Shown piece after piece: positions 26,458 through 29,767 of a DNA stretch of 29,767 nt. The translations under genes were made by a program, and so were the position numbers. Position 1 is the first letter of the stretch. Every line of letters starts with the position of its first letter. Under the pieces are notes generated by a model. It made no database searches. It saw only the letters and a program-made list of their open reading frames with translations, and had not been told where the DNA came from. The stretch is from a bacterium. GTDB taxonomy: Bacteria > Desulfobacterota > DSWW01. Location: NCBI GenBank assembly GCA_040756235.1, contig JBFLZG010000031.1, positions 1 through 29,767 on the forward strand, written 5' to 3'.

Positions 26458-26664
26458 GGCTGGTGAGAAATGCCCAGATGCAAGGCGCGCGACAATTCCG
26501 CAGGACAGCGGAATTGGGCGCATCATCCGGCAGGATGATGCGCCCGCAGGGCGAGGGCCATGGACGGCCCGAGTCAAATCCTGAGGAATGAGGCGTACCT
26601 AGAAGTACGCCGCAATGACGAGGGATGAGCGCAACGCCGCAGATGGGCGTTTATCGACAGCCTC
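26456..26664 (+). mobile_element. MITE-like element, copy 4 (209 bp, with an ~84-bp multi-hairpin insert)
   Basis: GAGGCTGGTGAGAAATGCCC...GGGCGTTTATCGACAGCCTC; extra sequence at about 26493-26576 relative to copy 1. Confidence 0.82.
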
Positions 26665-26728
26665 TCTAAAGGGGGACATTCGTTTGGCTGCCATACCCAT
26701 CGAGCAGAGCCGGACCGGGACGCTGGCC

Positions 26729-28525
26729 ATGGCGCTGGCCCCGGGGACCGGCTGCGCGTCTCCGGGGGAAGCGTGCGCGGAGCCCGCCTCGCAGGCCCGC
26801 GTGCTCCGGTGGTGCCTGATCGGCCGGGCGGCGCTGGTGAGCCTGCTCTTCCTGCTCTCCCTGCTGCTGCACGTGCGGCATGAAGACCCGTCCTCCGTGG
26901 CCGAGGTGGGCTCGCTGTTTCGGCTCGTGGTGGCGGCCTGGGCTTTCAGCCTGGTGTCCGCGCGCTGCCTGCGCTACCGGCCTTTCCGTGAGGTCCTGAG
27001 CGTCCTGCAGGTGGCGTGGGACCTTCTCTTCGTGGTGGCCTGGATCTACGGCACCGGCGGGTCGGGCAGCCTCTTCGTGTTCCTGTACCTGTTCGTCATC
27101 ATGGAAGCCACGGCCCTGCTCGGGGGCCACGCGAGCGTCCTCACGACTTTTCTCTGCGGTCTCCTGTACTGGATCGAATTGCACCTGGAAGTCCACGGGG
27201 CGCTCTCGCCCATGGCCGCCCCGATCGCCGCCCCGGTGGCGGCGAGCCCGCGGCATTACCCGGTGGCCCTGCTCGTCTTCATCCTGGCTTCCATGATCTC
27301 CACCGCCTTGCTGACCGGCACGCTGCGCCAGCGTGTCTCGAGGGCCGGAGTCCTTCTGGAGCAGCAGTCCGCGAGCCTGAAGGACCTGATGAACATCAGC
27401 GATGCGATCGTGCGCTGCATCCGCTCGGGACTCGTCACCCTGGATCGCGAAGGCCGGATCACGTCGTTCAACCAGGCGGCCTCCGCCATTACCGGTTACC
27501 CGAGCACGGAAGCGATCGGCCAGCGGCACGACCAGGTCCTGGGCTCGCTCTCTCTGCCGGACCCGGCCGGCGCGGCGGAGGAGGGCGGTCCCCCGTCCCG
27601 CTGGGAGCAGCCGTTCGTTCGCAAGGACGGCAAGACCCTCACCCTGGGCCTTTCGGGATCGCTGCTCAAGGACCACCAGGGCGAGCCGTTCGGACAGCTC
27701 CTGATCTTTCAGGACCTCACTTTGTACAAGCAGATGGAGGAGGAGCTGAGGCGGGCGGAGCGGCTGGCGGCGGTCGGCGCCATGGCGGCCGGGCTGGCCC
27801 ATGAGATCGGCAACCCTCTGGCCAGCCTGTACGGCTCCATCCAGGTCCTGCAGGGAGAGCTGCGGCTCCAGGGGAGCCACGGAAGACTCATGCAGATCGT
27901 CCTCGAGGAGAGCGAGCGCCTGAACGACCTCATCAAGGACTTCCTGGCGTTCGCGACACCCCGGGCCGCGCCCAAGCAGTGGTTTGCTCTCAGCCCCGTC
28001 CTGGAAGAGACGTGCGAGCTCCTGGAGAGGGCCCCCTCTTTTCCCGAAGGCAGGGTTCGCATCCGGGTCGAGGCAGACCCGGGGCAACGCCTCCACGGCA
28101 ACCGGAAGCAGATCCGGCAGGTCCTCTGGAACCTCCTGCTCAATGCCGTCCAGGCCATGCCGGATGGCGGGGAGATCCAAGTCGAGGCGCAGGAACGCAG
28201 GAGGTCGGGCACGGACCCGGATGCCTCGGTCACCCTCCGGATCCGCGACACGGGCAAGGGGATCGCCCCCGAAGATCTGGACCGGATCTTCGATCCCTTC
28301 TTCACCACTCGCGACGAAGGCATCGGGCTCGGGCTCGCCGTGGTCTACCGGATCGTGGAGAGCCACGGAGGAAGGATCCACGTGAGCAGCGAGCCCGGAA
28401 GAGGCACCTTGTTCGAGATCGAGCTGCCGGCCGGGGAGGAATCGCAGGTTTCAGGTTCCAGGTTTCAGGTGTCAGGAGAAGAGTCCGCCGATATGCAGGT
28501 TTCCCGGGTCGAGCCGGGCGTCTGA
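26729..28525 (+). CDS. pilS: Sensor histidine kinase (multi-TM, PAS, HisKA, HATPase)
   Basis: Several TM helices; LAHEIGNPL H-box; NLLLNA, DTGKGI, PFFTT and GIGLGL boxes; lies between pilC and pilR; start uncertain. Confidence 0.88.
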   Translation: MALAPGTGCASPGEACAEPASQARVLRWCLIGRAALVSLLFLLSLLLHVRHEDPSSVAEVGSLFRLVVAAWAFSLVSARCLRYRPFREVLSVLQVAWDLLFVVAWIYGTGGSGSLFVFLYLFVIMEATALLGGHASVLTTFLCGLLYWIELHLEVHGALSPMAAPIAAPVAASPRHYPVALLVFILASMISTALLTGTLRQRVSRAGVLLEQQSASLKDLMNISDAIVRCIRSGLVTLDREGRITSFNQAASAITGYPSTEAIGQRHDQVLGSLSLPDPAGAAEEGGPPSRWEQPFVRKDGKTLTLGLSGSLLKDHQGEPFGQLLIFQDLTLYKQMEEELRRAERLAAVGAMAAGLAHEIGNPLASLYGSIQVLQGELRLQGSHGRLMQIVLEESERLNDLIKDFLAFATPRAAPKQWFALSPVLEETCELLERAPSFPEGRVRIRVEADPGQRLHGNRKQIRQVLWNLLLNAVQAMPDGGEIQVEAQERRRSGTDPDASVTLRIRDTGKGIAPEDLDRIFDPFFTTRDEGIGLGLAVVYRIVESHGGRIHVSSEPGRGTLFEIELPAGEESQVSGSRFQVSGEESADMQVSRVEPGV

Positions 28526-28544
28526 CACTCGACACCCGACACCT
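28445..28544. repeat. Inverted heptamer array 3, overlapping the pilS 3' end
   Basis: CAGGTTT CAGGTTC CAGGTTT CAGGTGT CAGG (28445-28476), then CTGACAC TCGACAC CCGACAC CT (28522-28544). Confidence 0.8.
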
Positions 28545-28558
28545 CTTACAGGAGACAC

Positions 28559-29767
28559 ATGATGGTCCCGAGAGGAAAGATCCTCGTAGTGGACGACGAG
28601 CGGGGGATGCGGGAGTTCCTGGAGATCATGCTGAAGAACGACAGCTTCGATGTCGAGACGGCCGCCGGCGGCCAGGAGGCCATCGACAAGCTGGAGGAGC
28701 GGTTCTTCGACATCGTCATCTGTGACGTGAAGATGCCCCAGGTGGACGGCATGGACGTTCTGCGCAAGGCCAAGGAGACCTGGCCCGACACGGCGGTCAT
28801 CATGATCACCGCGTACGCCTCGGCCGAAACCGCCGTGGAAGCCATGAAGCAGGGCGCCCTGGACTACATCACCAAGCCGTTCAAGGTGGAGGAAGTGCGG
28901 ATCGTCCTCAAGCGGGCCATGGAGCGGAGGAGCCTGGAGAAAGAGAACGAGCTGCTGAAGAAGCAGGTCAAGCGCTGGGACCCCCAGGCGTCCATCGTGG
29001 GGACGAGCGAGCCCATGCAGCGCGTGTTCCAGCTCATCGAGAAGATCGCGAACACGCCCACCAACGTGCTCGTCACCGGAGAGAGCGGGACCGGCAAGGA
29101 GCTCGTCGCCAAGGCGATCCACTACCAGAGCGACCGGGCCGCTCACCCGTTCGTGACCATCCACTGCGGCGCCATCCCCGAGAACCTGATCGAGAGCGAG
29201 CTGTTCGGGCACATCCGGGGGGCCTTCACGGGAGCGATCCAGAACAAGATCGGCCTGCTGGAGATGGCGGACGGGGGCACCGTGTTCCTGGACGAGGTGG
29301 GCGAGATTCCCCTGCCCATGCAGGTCAAGCTGCTCCGCTTCATCCAGGAAAGGACCTTCCGCAGGGTGGGCAGCACGGAGAACCTCCGGGTCAACGTGCG
29401 CATCATCTGCGCGACCAACAAGGACTTGGAGCAGGAGGTCGAGGCCGGAACGTTCCGGGAAGACCTGTTCTACCGGCTCAACGTGATCCAGATCCACATC
29501 CCCAGGTTGAGCGAGCGCAAGGAGGACATCCGGCTGCTGAGCGACCACTTCGTGAAGAAATACGCCCGCGAGCTCAACCGCAAGATCCGCGAGATCTCCG
29601 CACCGGGGATGGAGACCCTGATGGGCTACTCCTACCCCGGCAACGTACGGGAGCTCGAGAACATCCTGGAGAGGGCCGTGGCCCTGGAAACCTCGGACGT
29701 GATCACGCCCGAGTCGCTGCCTTCCGAGCTGTTCCACGGGTCGCGTCGGGGGGGCGGGGTTCCCAGG
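28559..29767 (+). CDS. pilR: Sigma-54-dependent response regulator, truncated by the window end (absent from the ORF track)
   Basis: Manual translation: KILVVDDE receiver domain, [59 protein letters not shown]. Confidence 0.92.
   Translation, partial: MMVPRGKILVVDDERGMREFLEIMLKNDSFDVETAAGGQEAIDKLEERFFDIVICDVKMPQVDGMDVLRKAKETWPDTAVIMITAYASAETAVEAMKQGALDYITKPFKVEEVRIVLKRAMERRSLEKENELLKKQVKRWDPQASIVGTSEPMQRVFQLIEKIANTPTNVLVTGESGTGKELVAKAIHYQSDRAAHPFVTIHCGAIPENLIESELFGHIRGAFTGAIQNKIGLLEMADGGTVFLDEVGEIPLPMQVKLLRFIQERTFRRVGSTENLRVNVRIICATNKDLEQEVEAGTFREDLFYRLNVIQIHIPRLSERKEDIRLLSDHFVKKYARELNRKIREISAPGMETLMGYSYPGNVRELENILERAVALETSDVITPESLPSELFHGSRRGGGVPR

Overview
High-GC bacterial chromosomal window. 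The gene content (pilB-pilT-pilC-pilS-pilR, DUF4398/OmpA pair, TIGR03960 radical SAM-rng-rplU-rpmA-obgE-nadD-rsfS-rlmH block, selA) suggests a deltaproteobacterium-like organism (inference). From left to right it encodes HU, an M1 aminopeptidase strongly resembling eukaryotic puromycin-sensitive aminopeptidase, a lipoprotein, a stand-alone EF-G, a secreted YVTN beta-propeller protein, a long minus-strand housekeeping run with an orphan CheW-like gene inside it, selA, and a type IV pilus operon with a candidate sigma-54 promoter. The coding content is mostly ordinary. The unusual signal is in the intergenic DNA: (1) four 155-209 bp MITE-like elements with GAGGCTG...CAGCCTC ends, exchangeable internal hairpin cassettes, G-U-compatible arms and positions at gene ends, two of which bracket rng; (2) two 22-bp collapsed end-to-end versions of the same ends; (3) three inverted heptamer arrays (CAGGTNT...ACCTG); (4) a GTCATTCC REP-like cluster upstream of pilB. 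No transposase, CRISPR array, tRNA or rRNA was recognised.
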